NCBI GenBank assembly: GCA_030390025.1
Contig: CM059426.1
Location: 194,618,001 to 194,682,000, forward strand
Length of the DNA: 64,000 nucleotides
Reading direction: 5' to 3'
Source of the DNA: Squalus acanthias
Taxonomy: Eukaryota
This document shows positions 12,790 to 25,128 of the stretch, piece after piece. Positions within the stretch are counted from its first letter, which is position 1; each line of letters begins with the position of its first letter. The notes under the pieces were generated by a model. It was not told the DNA's origin. It saw nothing but the letters and a program-made list of their open reading frames with translations, and did not search any database. Position numbers and translations under genes: made by a program.

Positions 12790-13545
12790 ACCCAGACTTT
12801 CAAAAGACATTTGACAAAGTTCCAGATGAAAGATTACAAGTTAACCTTAATGCTGCGGGGATCCAAGTTAAATCTTAAGAATGGATAAGAAATTGACTGA
12901 AAGGTAGCATTTTCATGAGTGTTCTTCAACCTCTCTTCGTAACTTCAACAAAAGGTCAACAGAAACACCAGAGAAATGGTATAAATGGCAGTGTCTTTGG
13001 GGTTTCCACCAAAGTTATGGCAGTAGATTAGGAGAACCCCTCTGGAAATTGGTGTAAGTTGGAGGAGTTGTGTCAGGGTGGACGGGGTGGGGAGTACTGG
13101 GCAACCTAGAGCTCAGTTTTGAGATTACTACTGTTTCTAATTTAAACCAATGTCTTGCAAAGCTGAAACATTCTAAAGTTATCAAACTGTATAGTGTTCT
13201 AGTCAGACTGCATCTTGAGTACTGTGCCCAGTTCTGGTCACCAAAGAACAAGGGAGACTTTTTAAATGCTAGAAGCACAACAGAGAACAGCCCCAAGGCT
13301 GATCTCTAGTGTAAAAGGTCTGAGTTATAAAGAAAGTATGCAGAAACTGAGGTTTTTTTATCCTGTGAAGGAAGTGCTTGAGTGGTTATTGTAAAGGTGT
13401 ATTAGATGATTAAAGATATGGATTGACAAGATAACACTGCAATATTGCTTTACATTGCAAGAGTAGGGCAAGAGGATATGGGTTAAATTAGTAAAAGGTA
13501 AATTTAGGACTGATATCAGAAAGTTCTTCTACACAGCGTGATGGC
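12790..13545 (+). mobile_element. Degenerate CR1 LINE fragments
   Basis: GACTTTCAAAAGACATTTGACAAAGTTCC (DFQK.FDKVP) and LYSVLVRLHLEYCAQFWSP. Confidence 0.65.
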
Positions 13546-14059
13546 TAGATATAGTGACATCACGATTCCCTGCTAGAATGGAGATGATTGGGTAATTCCT
13601 CTGTTAATCATGCTTGGAAATCGCACTACTGTAAGTGACTGGGATTGATTTATGCACATAATTTGTATAATATAACTATCCTCCACTCACTGCATTTTTC
13701 TGGAGAAATAACCCTGCTTTTTTATCGCGAGACTTTGCTGTAGTTTCAGTCACTAGTTCTGTTTGCTGTAGTTCGAGGAGACTCTTTTTAAATAGATTTT
13801 GTTCGCTGTAAAATAGACTATTTGCTGTAAGTCCTGCCCCGCCTCCAACTCTGGCTGACAGTGTAACGCATTGGCTGATATAGTGGTGTTAGTAGATACA
13901 GTGTACAGTGATCAGATAGAGTAGTACAGCTGAAAACCCTGGAATCATTTAAGAAACAAACAGGAACTGCAGTGGGGGTGGGGGAAATGGTTTTTTTTCT
14001 GGATGGATGAACTAAGATGGGTTGTATGGCCTTCCTCATCCGTAATGATCTTGCAAAGG

Positions 14060-14373
14060 CCACATTTATTGCAGATTCAGAGTTGCCTGAGGCCCCCTTC
14101 TAAAGCAGTTGTTTTGTTTAGAATAGAAAGGCTTGCTAAGCCACTTTATAGGGCATTAAGAGTAACCACATAGTATAGGACTGCAATGATGTGTAGACCA
14201 GGCTACGTAGGGGTGACAGGTTCCCTGGATATTAGCAATCCAGCAGCGTTTATTGCGCTAGCCCACAATTACTAGATTTATTGAATTCAATTTCAATACT
14301 TGCTATGGTAGGATGTGAAGTCATGACCTCTGTGTTGTTAGTCCTGTACCGTAATTGCTACACTACCGTACCC
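14060..14373 (-). mobile_element. Old tRNA-derived SINE, same family as 34545-35086
   Basis: Diverged reverse-complement similarity to the SINE at 34545-35086. Confidence 0.5.
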
Positions 14374-16314
14374 TCTGCGACTTCCCTTTTGAATACTAGT
14401 GACGGTCTCGAACCTTGCAAATGATGAATTAAGTTAATTGTTCATCAACTGAGTCTTCAGTCATCTGCAATATGAAGCGGTACCTGGCTTTAATAGCTTT
14501 TGTAGTCAATATTAGTTATCTTTATACAACTGAAATGATAATTAGGAGTTAGCATTGGTAATTTGTGGATGAGGCAAACAATGCTGCCTTTCCAAATCCA
14601 AAGGGTTTTTTTTGGAAAAAAGTTTGTGCTCATCTGTTCTACCAATTTTTGGTGCATTAGACTTTAGTGGCAAGTTATCCACACTATATGTAATACTGTA
14701 ACAATCTGTGCATGTTGTTTAACTTGGTGGAATTGAAATAGTTTAAAAATTCCTACTTGGGTTTACCAAATGGTCCCTTTTGCTTTTTGTCATTGTCTTC
14801 AGGTGCTCTAACTTTATGAAATCTAGTAAACCACTGTGTATAGTTTGCGAAATTATTCCCTGTATTAACCATAGCAGACAACATATATACTCACACACAC
14901 CTATATATATGTTTCTTGAATGGAAGGTTGAAGTTAACTTGGGAATCATTCCACATGTGAAATATTCTTACAGGTGTCCCAACCATTTTTCACGATTGCC
15001 GTTCCCCCTTTTTATCAACTCCCTGCCCTGCAGAAGGAAAACAAACCGTATCGAAACAACAACCATTTTGATGTTAAAGGGCATACAGCCAGAATCTCTG
15101 TTCAACCTACAGTACTTTATAGACTCTTGTATTTAAAAAGAAGCATAAGGATCCCTTCAAGGTTCTAGGGATGATGATCGGTGTGTTATAATGGAATAAA
15201 CAGAGCTCTGGGAGTTGTTACCCACCAGAGGTCCGTTTTAACTTTTAAATTTAAATTGTTGCACAGTTTGGGTGACTTACTGCAATCATCGTCCCATTTG
15301 ACACAACAGAACTGCACATTCTCTACAATCCGTAATATAAACACCATTCAAATTCAGAATTGATTTGAATTGGAAATGTCTTTTTTTTTTGCTGTACACA
15401 GCTGGAATTTTTTTTATTAAACTAAGGTGACTGTTGAACAAAGCTGCTGAGACAAAATTTGAATCTTGCGCATTTTACTTCTGACCACAGGTATATACTG
15501 AAGAGGTCAGTGGCTGCTGTGTGCGTGTTAACCCCGTTCCCCCTCCCTCCCTCCCACCAGCCATCCTCCATTTCACCATTTGTTATCATTAAGAACCAAG
15601 CTTTTGGGACCTTCTGTTCTCCGAGGGCACAAGAGGTTTTTCTCAAAATTGCACTAATTTGTCATAGTGTCAGAATGTGACTTTAGCCCTTCAACCAAAT
15701 TGCATCTGAAGAAACTCTGGCATTTCAGGTTTTATGTACTGTGTACTGGAGCACTGCAGATTTAATACGTTTTATATGTTGCTATGCTATACTGTACCAA
15801 TGAATGAATAATGTCATCCATTGTGATTATAATCTGTACAGACTAGGAAGTCTGGAACCTAACCTGACCTAAATAATTAAATAACCAATATTTCTTGCAT
15901 CAGACAAAATCTAGAGAAATGTTATCTTTTGGTCGGGGAAGAATTCTAATCTTTGCTTTTGGGCTCACCACGCGTTGATTTCATTCTGTGTGTATATAAA
16001 GTCAACTTATTGAAATCTCGGGATACAACTAATTGCTAATAAAATACAGTCAGATATATTAACAATGATTTGGAGCGGTGTGACATGTTGATTATGAAAA
16101 ATTATTTTAATAAAGTGCATATGATAGATGCATTACTTCTAAATCGTCTTCCCTCCCCCAAAAAGACACTAGTAATAATTGGGGGTGGCGGGTGGTGGAA
16201 ACTCGAGTTTTGTTGGTCTGATGCACTCGCCAATACAGGCGAGATATTTTTCTCTCTTCATAAAATGTTTTAACCCATCAATCTTCCACCTTGGTTTAAC
16301 ATCCCAGCAGACCA

Positions 16315-17055
16315 CAATGATAACTTGCATTTATATAGTGCCTTCACTGTAGAAAAAAAAAGTCTCCAGGTGCTTCCTAGAGGTGTGAGGAAAAACTGCT
16401 GAACCAAATAAGGAGAAATTAGGACAGGCGACTAAAAACTTATAGGTGGCTTTTAAGGAAGGCACTTAAAGGAGATGGAGGGGCATTTAGAGAGGGAATT
16501 CGACAGTTAGACTTGAGCACCAATGATCGGGCCGGGGGGGGGGAGAGGGGGGCAAAGCACAAATAGCTGGAGCCAGAGAGAATTCTTGGGAGAGGGTTGT
16601 AGGGCTGTCGGAGTTTAGAGATTGGGAGGGGTGAGGCTATGGCGGGTACAAGGACAAGAATTTTAAAATGTGAGACATTTGGAGAACTGGAAGCTACTGT
16701 AGGTCAAATCGCTTGGTGGCCTGTTTCCTCTCCCTATCATTGTAATGTCCTTCAGCCCTACAACCTTTTGAGAACACTGCGTTCCTCCAGTTCTAGCCTC
16801 TTGTGCATCCCTGACATTCTTTGCCCCACCAATGGCAGCTGTGCCTTTAGCTGTCTAGGCTCCAAGCTCTGGAATTCCCTCCCTAAACCTCTCCATTTCT
16901 CCCTCTTCTAAGACACTCCTTAAACTAACTCTTTGACCAATCTTTTCGTCACCTGCAATGTCTTTCTTTGGCTCTGTCGATTGTCGTCTGATTACGCTCC
17001 TGTGAAGTGTCTGGGGACATTTTACTATTTTAAAGGCTCTATATAATTACTCGTC
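16315..17055. mobile_element. L2 LINE 3' ends in inverted arrangement (minus ~16315-16700, plus ~16710-17055)
   Basis: Both halves resemble the L2 3' end at 24500-24945 (AFSCLGSKLWNSLPKPL; terminal stem-loop). Confidence 0.65.
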
Positions 17056-17659
17056 GTCGTCGACCTTGCATCCACAGATGAAGTTGCCAAGGGGCAGCAT
17101 GAAGGTGAGCTAAGGATGGACAGCTGGGCGATTCCTGAGGTGATTGTGCAGGGGTGGGAAGAGAAGCCATTGCTCGAAATGTTCTGGCTACAATCGGATG
17201 CATAAAAATGGAATGAAGCAAAGGCAGCCCAATGGAACTGGACAATAATGGAGAGGCATTGGAGGAGGATTGTATGGTTGGTCATGACAAGGCTACAGAG
17301 AAAAATAATTTCCCATGACTTTGGTTAGGGCTATTTTGGTTCTGTGGGACAGGCAGAAAGATGGAGCTGCAGGAACACTGGACACAGATCTGAGAAGTAG
17401 GGTGTTCGAGAATCTTCAAAAGGAAAGGGAGATTGGTGAGAGGACAGAAGGGTTAAGGTTGGGTATTTGTGTACAGAAGTGATTGTGTTTCTGACGGGGA
17501 GGATGACTTTTTGAAGAGTGGGAACCAAAAGAGGTGCAGAGGGTAGCAGTGGGCTTATTCAAGGGAGATTTCAGCCTGGGACAGTGGCAGAAGAGAAGGA
17601 AAACTGAGCAGGAGTGATTTGTTGAGGAAGGATGGGGGTGGGGAAAATAAAAAGTGGCA

Positions 17660-17992
17660 TAGGTGTACAAGATTATGACTAGTTTGGATATGCTAGACGG
17701 GGAAAGGCTGTTCCCACTAGTTGATGGTACAAGGACTAGGGGACACAGATTTAAGGTTTTGGGCAAGAGATACGGGGGGATGTGAGCAAAAACTTTTTTA
17801 CGCAGCGACGGAAGTGGTGGAAGCGGAGATACTCCATGTTTTCAAGGGGAGACTGGATAGGCACTTGAGGGAAATAAACTTGCAGGGATATGGGAATAGA
17901 GTGGGAGAATGGGACTGACTGGATTGCTCTACAGAGAGCCGGTACGGACTCGATGGGCCGAATGGCCGCCTTCTGTGCCGTATGACTCTTAT
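17660..17992 (+). mobile_element. CR1 LINE 3' end
   Basis: VVEAEILHVFKGRLDRHL plus 3' UTR GATGGGCCGAATGGCC..CTTCTGTGCCGTATGACTCT. Confidence 0.75.
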
Positions 17993-18989
17993 GTCTGGGT
18001 GAGAGGAGAGGGGTTTTAGAAAGGCTGGAAAAGGGAGATTGAACTCGGGCTCACCTAGCACATGACTGGGCACAAAGGGAATTCTGGATAACCAGGGCCT
18101 GCCACATTAGGCGAGACATGTCGTGGTCATAAACTGAGTGCAGGAAAAAGAGAACAGTAGAATTCTGAAGGTCGGCAGGATGTCCTGGTTCAGAGCCAGT
18201 AGTAGAAAGTGGATTGATCCAGGAGCCATTGAAGGAGCAGGGCGTCAGCCGATTAAAAGGTTATTATCTATACTCGTAAAAATCATTGGACACAATGGGG
18301 GGAATTTTAACCTGAAAAAAGTGAGCGTGTTTGAGAGCGGGCGGGTGGTTAAAAGGGATGAACCTGACAGCGGATCGGGAAGCTGACTCGAATCCACCGA
18401 CTCGAACCCGCCGACTTCCGCTTTTACCTACAGCGCTTTAGGCTGCGTGCGAGAATCCCCCATGGGAGAGGCGGGTTGGCAATTGAAAGATGTTAAGAGG
18501 CAATTGGGAGCTTTTAAGAAGCAATTCTGAGCTGTTTTAACTCCAGATTTCAGCTTTAACTCCAACTCCACACCTTTTCCTTGCTTCCTGGATCTCGCCA
18601 GTGAAAGCAAGGCGAGATGACATTGTAAATTGAGGGGGCTGACCAAATGGCAGGCAGTACTCCGACCTCACGCCTGCTTCCTTGCCTAAGTGAAAGGTTT
18701 CTGGAGAGGGTGTTTTCACTACTTTGCAGCTGATTTCCACTACTTTGGAGGTCATTTCTGCTACCTTGGGTTTTTGTGAGCCTGATCTACACTTTCCATC
18801 AGTCAAGCATCAGTTCAACTTATGCAGCTTTATCTTGGACCTCAGATGAGGACCAAGATGAGCATCAGCAGCGACAGCACCGGCAGCAGGAGAAGCACCA
18901 GCAGGAGCAGCAGCAGCCTTCTCCTCACCGACCTGCTGCTCCACAGGCGAGAGGGGATGAGCACAGGGGTGCAGCCGCAGGAGGCGATA

Positions 18990-19725
18990 CCCCAACTCAG
19001 GGTATATCGGCAGAGGGTCAGCTTCCTGGACATGTCTGAACTCCAGTGCCTCAGGAGACTCGGTATCGCGTCAGGTGGTCGCAGACATTTGCAGCCTCCT
19101 GGAAGAAGACCTCCTGCCCAGTGTAACGCGTGGGCATGCTTTGCCAGTGGCTGTCAAAGTCACCACCGCCCTCAATTTCTTCGCCTCTGGCTACTTCCAG
19201 GGATCTGCAGGCGATATCTGCAGAATCTCACATTCTGCTGCCCACTCAGGTGACCGATGCCATGTTTGCCAGGGTCGGCAATTATGTGCACTTTGCAACA
19301 GATGAGGCCAGTCCGAATGAGCGGGTGCTCGGCTTTGCCACTCTGGCTGACTTCCCACCGGTCCAGGGAGTCATCAGTTGCACACGTGGAGCCTTCATCA
19401 ACCACAAGGGATTAAACTCCATCAATGTTCAGCTTGTACACAACCACAAAAAGATCATCATGCAGGTGTGTCCAAGGTTCCCAGGCAGCTGCCGTGATGC
19501 TTTCGTCCTGCTCCAGTCCACCCTCCCAGAGCTCTTCGGATCTCAAAGCAGAGTTAGCGGCTGGCTCCTTGGAGACGAGGGCTACACCCTGAAGACGTGG
19601 CTGATGACACCGGTTCGGAGCCCAAACAATGAGGCCCAGGAGAGATGCAGCCAAAGCCACGGGAACTGCCATCGAGCAAGCACTCGGAATGCTGAAGATG
19701 CGCTTTAGGTGCCTGGACAGATAGG
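18990..19725 (+). pseudogene. Harbinger (HARBI1-like) transposase pseudogene
   Basis: Homology is spread across the ORFs at 18822, 19075 and 19130 with frameshifts; the first catalytic Asp motif has decayed (GVISCT). Confidence 0.8.
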
Positions 19726-19775
19726 AATGGGTGCACCTGCAAGCTAATTACGTAAGAATAGTGATGTGCTGGAGT

Positions 19776-19969
19776 CATAAGAACATAAGACATAGGAGCC
19801 AGGAGTAGGTCATTCGGCCCCTCGAGCCTGCTCCGCCATTCAATAAGATCATGGCAGATCTGATCTTGGCCTCGACGCCACTTCCCGACCCGCTCCCCAT
19901 AACCCTTGACTCGCTTATCGTTCAAAAATCTGTCTATCTCCACCTTAAATATATTCAATGACCCAGCCA
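19776..19969 (-). mobile_element. CR1 3' end inserted in the Harbinger element
   Basis: CATAAGAACATAAGACATAGGAGC tail; SLNIFKVEIDRFL. Confidence 0.85.
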
Positions 19970-20652
19970 TTTAAATAAGCGAGGTGCAGCCTTGCCACGT
20001 TGGGACTCTATTAATGCAGTTTCTTCCTCTGTTCCCCTACCTGGACAATCCTTCAACATTCATCTTTGCGGGCTCCCTTTAAATAGTTGAGCTGGAATAG
20101 ACTGATGCGGGATGTCATCACGCCCGCTCTCGTTAATTGATCGGGAAACCCAGAAGTCAGATGCAAGTGCAGTGGCTTCACTAAAAAGCCACTGACGAGT
20201 GCGATGCTGAAACGTCCGGGTTCCCTGTGCGCTATAGGTCTCCCCCGCTGCCAGCGCGTCGGGCAGCGAAAATTCTACACTTTTGTGTAGAAATTTTAAG
20301 TCCATATGATTTCTTATTTTCACTGAGTATTTTCATTGTTGCAATGACTTGATTCTCAGTAGTCTATCACAATCAAGGAAACAGTGCACTTAATTATTTT
20401 TGATTTGGGTTTCCGTTGCTGAGAAAAAATACTTCTTGGGATTGATAGATGTTGTTTGACTTATGTGCAATTTAGAGCTCTTATTTTGTGTGTAGTGTAA
20501 CAAATCACTTTTTTTTTAAAAAAGTAATGAAATTAATTTCTTTACATAAAGGTTTGCTAAGGCCTGATGTAACCCCTCGCACAGTATAAAACTACTTCAG
20601 AAAGGGAATTCTATCCTCTAGAAATTCCAGCATTTTCTGCTGATTCATGGGT

Positions 20653-20667
20653 GGTTGCTAGGCAACC
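20653..20667. promoter_or_regulatory. RFX X-box-like palindrome
   Basis: GGTTGCTAGGCAACC in sequence where I recognise no repeat. Confidence 0.45.
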
Positions 20668-21369
20668 AAGTCTAATGTAGCTAAGGGATAAGAATGGGGA
20701 ATCTGCAGGTCATGTATAAACCTTCATAGAATTCCTTGGTGCTGCACGAACTTGAAAGGACTTATTTTACCATAGTAACAATCTGTCTGGATAAGGTCTA
20801 CATTAACCCCTGATTATAAGCATGCAGTTCAGTCAGTATGTTAAAGTGAATAATTACGTAATAAATTTGGATAGCTGTAGTTTTAATATGAGATATATAT
20901 ATATATATTTTTTAAATGCACAAAATGCATTAAATGTGGTGTCTGAAGATGTTACTCATTTTAAGTTCATATTGAACGTAGCTGTGCACTTCCTTTAGAG
21001 GTGGGAAGGACATGGAAGTCATTTTGAAGGTAATCCCTGTCATAGTTAGCCTCTAGAATTATTGCATATACTTGTGCTGTGGCAAAGGATCAATATTATT
21101 TTGCATTGAGCCAAAGCGTTTACTCTTTCGTACAATGCTGTAGTGTGACAGAAACAAGGACCTAACATGTTTCAAATCATAAATTGTGTATTGTATCTTT
21201 TTGTATGAAATTTTAGGTGGGCCAAAATTGGCAAATTCAAACTGATTTCTGTTAGCTGCTTCCTGAAAGGGTTTCTATTCTGTGGGTGTGAACAAATAAT
21301 ATAGATGTCTGATTTGAGACCTCAGCAGCCTTTGAACTAGTTATGGACCCTTTATAGGACAATGGACAT

Positions 21370-21480
21370 ATTGGGGCCTTATGACCGTGTACGCGGCCGT
21401 AAGGGCCTCGCAAGTTCCGGGATTACGCAGGCGCTGTGCGTGCGCGAAAACCCGGAACTTGCGATCTGTCAAGATCATGC
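21370..21480 (+). mobile_element. Truncated Harbinger-type MITE end with a hairpin
   Basis: TCGCAAGTTCCGGG...CCCGGAACTTGCGA hairpin, similar to 10530-10580. Confidence 0.5.
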
Positions 21481-21914
21481 TCTATCTGCCCAGAGGTATA
21501 AGTTATTAAAATCTTATTCATCTGTTGAGAAAGGATCTGAAGCTTCTTTGAATAAATGTCCAATGCAAAAAGTAGCTAGAAAGGTTTCTTGTGTGCTGAA
21601 GTGTGAGAAATTGCCTGGACCAGTTAGATCCGAGTGGCAGTGCTATGTTCTTGAGTTCAAATCAAACATTTTTCTAGGTGACTGCAGTGAAACTGAACTC
21701 TTGAGTGTGCTTGTGTAAAAGTATCAAAGGATTCCATTTTAGAGACTTCAATGACTAAGGATCTCAAAACAATTAATGTTGTGCTCAAAACAGTTGTTTT
21801 ATGCTAAAACTTCATTACTGTATTGCTATTTTGTTTAATGTTTTAACTTCTGTGTGTATTTTTTTCTTGTAATAAATAATTTGTAGTTTTCTCTGAAATG
21901 TATGGAAGATCCTA

Positions 21915-22370
21915 TTTGGCCCCACCATCATAGTTGCCAGTGTCCAGCCAATTCTGTTGACTCCGCTTGATGTTAAGAAACGGCTAAGTGCAGTGGACAC
22001 TGCAAAGGCTTTCCTGGCTATAGTGCTGAAGACATGTGTACTAGAGCCAGCAACTCTCTTGGCCAAGCTGTTCCAGTACAACTGTGATACTGACATCTGC
22101 CTGATGATGTGTGAGATTGCCCAGGTATATTCTATGCACAAAAAAAAAGACTAAATCTAACCTGACCAATTATTGCCTCAGCAGTAAATTGGTGGAAGGG
22201 GGGGACATCAATAGTACCGATTAACCTGCCCATTGTTCAGTTCAGGTTCTCCCCAGGACCACTCGGCTCCAGGCCTCATCATAGCCTTGATCTAGCCATG
22301 GATGCAAGTTCTGAATGCCAGAGGAGAGGAGAGAGGAGCTGCCCTGCACATCAGTGCGGCATTTGACCTT
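21915..22370 (+). mobile_element. Degenerate non-LTR LINE RT fragment
   Basis: TPLDVKKRLSAVDTAKA..IVLKTCVLEPATLLAKLFQYNCDTDI...IAQVYSMHKKKD is RT N-terminus-like. Confidence 0.65.
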
Positions 22371-24199
22371 AATATTGATTTTAATAACTTCAGACCTTAA
22401 TTAAAGCTCCCATTTGCTCTTTGGCTGGTGGTGTGGGAGATGTGTCCACTATTTGGGTGGGGAGGGGGAGGAAGAGGGTCAGGTTCATGTTTGGGGTGGG
22501 GGCCCTCAGTCAGAACATTGTGCTGGTGGGACAGTATCCACTCCTTAAGTCAATCTGTTTTTTCTTCTCTCAGGCTGCTGGAGCTGACTTGGTTTTGCCA
22601 GTTCTTCCTCCTTTTCCTGTTTGCATTTCTGCCTGTCTCACCCCACCCCCCCCACCATACTTTCAGAGATCACTTTTGACTTTGCTTTCATTGATGATAC
22701 CAGATAGTGACTGTGTTCCTTCTGATCAAAGTGGAACATACAGCAAAATAAAAAATGGTTTGTGGATACCACACATTTCTAGCTGTCTACTTTATAACAG
22801 CCACCAGTTTTTCCAGACAGGTTGCTATCAGCAAGGTGATCTATGTAAGTAGCACACAAGGCCATCTTCTCGGTCGCAAGGCCATCGCTGGCTGTTCCAA
22901 ATACCTCAGGATTGGGATCAAAAACTAAGGAGGAAATCACTCCACACTAAGTCTGTAGACGTTGGATCTACTGTTTGATGGTCCTGCCACTAATATGAAT
23001 TGTTTTTTTTAGGCTTTTAGAGCTAGAAGGTGTACAGGAGTTTGCTAAGGTTTCTAAAAATTAGACAAAATCTTTAGTGTTTCATATTGAGAGCATTTGC
23101 ACATTAAATTGCCTGTAAATGCTGATGGTCTTCAGGAGTTTTGCAGCCACTTGTATGAGTAAACCTCATGCCTGTGACAGCTACTTACATAGCATGCAAG
23201 TATGTTCTGACTGCTACTGTTCATATCTGTAAATGTGCAAATGAATGATAAACAGTTAAACATATAGCTGCAGTGCACAAGGTTTAACTTGCAGGGAAAT
23301 GAAACCCTGTGCTCCAACATGGTTCTAGGTGCAAAAGCAAACTTACTGCGTTGGTTTAGTATTTAAAATGTTGCATTAATGATCAACTGCATAAAGGGAC
23401 TGTTGTAATTTGGGCTCTGAACCAGTTCCTTGCATCCAAGAAACTAGTAAGCTCCCATTGGTAAGCACTCACTCTTTACGACCTGAAGTGTGACCTAATG
23501 GACAATATAATCTCGGATAGCTTACACGAGGCGAACAATAGACCCATTTGTTGGTTTTGGACTTGTATGTCAGAGTGTGCAAATCACATGAGAAGATGAT
23601 TGATGACACTTCAGCCAGAAAGTTCCATAAGCAGATCAAACTACCAAGCAGGTTTATTCATGGATAATCCATTTTTTTTCTCCGATGCTTCTATGTGTTG
23701 GTAATCAACATTATTTGCTGTAGTGGCTTCTTTTTGATGTACTTCAAGAATCATTGAAAGAAAATAAACCAATTTTGCAGCATGCAGTTGCAAAGCAATT
23801 TTGCGGGTGCTATCCTTAAAAGAATTTCCTTTTGCTTTTAGTTAACTAATACAGCACAAAGAGAGAATCTATACACGATGGACAAAAATGCCCCATCTTT
23901 GTCTAGGCCCTACCTGTCCATGTTGATGTCCTAACTTCTGTCCGATTAAGAAACCTCTCCGAAAACAAAACCTGTACATTAGGCTGATCTGTTATATTGT
24001 GACTAAGGCCATTGCTCCATTAATTTTAACTGTGTTTATATAGGATCGGGTCATTTATAGTGGTGGAATTGCATCGAGTAGGTGGCGAGACATTGAATGT
24101 ATTTGTCTCATTAAAAGCTCCAGATAATAAATGGCAATTACCTATTGTGGTACCCTCTGATGAAAGATGTTTGGTATCTGAAATGTATCTCTTTGTGTG

Positions 24200-24946
24200 T
24201 CGAAACCTTGGTGTCATATTTGACCCTGAAATGAGCTTCCGACCACACATCCACACCATAACAAAGACCGCCTACTTCCCCCTCCGTAACATTGCCCGTC
24301 TCCGCCCTTGCCTCAGCTCGTCCGCTGCCTAAACCCTCATCCATGCCTTTGTTACCTCTAGACTCGATTATTCCAACGCACTCCTGGCTGGCCTCCCACA
24401 TTCCACCCTACGTAAACTTGAGGTCATCCAAAGCTCGGCTGCCCGTGTCCTAACTCGCACCAAGTCCCGTTCGCCCATCACCCCTGTGCTCGCTGACCTA
24501 CATTGGCTCCTGGTTAAGCAGTGCCTCGTTTTCAAAATTCTCATCCTTGTTTTCAAATCCCTCCATGGCCTCGCCCCTTCCTATCTCTGTAATCTCCTTC
24601 AGCACCCCCCCCCCCACCCCCCCGAGATATCTGCGCTCCTCTAATTCTGCCCTCTTGAGCATTCCTGATTATAATCGCTCAACCATCGGTGGCCATGCCT
24701 TCTGTTGCCTAGGCCCGAAGCTCTGGAATTCCTTGCCTGAACCTCTCCGCCTTTCTACCTCTCTTTCCTCCTTTTTAAGGCGCTCCTTAAAACCTACCTC
24801 TTTGACCAAGCTTTTGGTCACCTGCCCTAATTTATCCTTACGTGGCTCGGTGTCAAATTTTTTGTCTTAAAATACTCCTGTGCAGCGCCTTGGGACATTT
24901 TACTACGTTAAAGGTGCTATGTAAATACAAGTTGTTGTTGTTGTTG
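24200..24946 (+). mobile_element. L2 LINE 3' portion
   Basis: RNLGVIFDPEMSFRPHIHTITKTAYFPLRNIARLRPCLS..TLIHAFVTSRLDYSNALL; (GTT)n tail. Confidence 0.92.
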
Positions 24947-25128
24947 AAAGTACCAAATACGACAGCACAAATGGCTGAGGCAGAAGAATCTGCTGGAGTC
25001 ATCAGTGAGTAGAAATTGGATTATCAGTAGCAAAGTTGCTAAAAGGAATAAACCCCAGGATTTCAAATAATAAAACTAAGCTTGAATATGAAAAGCATGC
25101 TTCAGGATTTTTGAAATGATAGTAACAT

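Larger units (their letters stand above)
18297..20280 (+). mobile_element. PIF/Harbinger transposon with a frameshifted HARBI1-like DDE transposase
   Basis: Frames give [20 protein letters not shown] / [31 protein letters not shown] / FINHKGLNSINVQLV...WLLGDEGYTLKTWLMTPVRSP; termini GGGGGGAATTTT...AAAATTCTACAC. Confidence 0.88.

Noticed and set aside
18855-18945. CAG-rich tract suggestive of the SCA12 repeat of PPP2R2B
   Set aside because: It is impure, lies inside a Harbinger transposon 32 kb from the exon, and no CAG run exists near the promoter (only CAGCGGCAGCGGC at ~50258)
19130-19708. Domesticated HARBI1 gene
   Set aside because: Frameshifted, catalytic motif decayed, bounded by TIRs and interrupted by CR1
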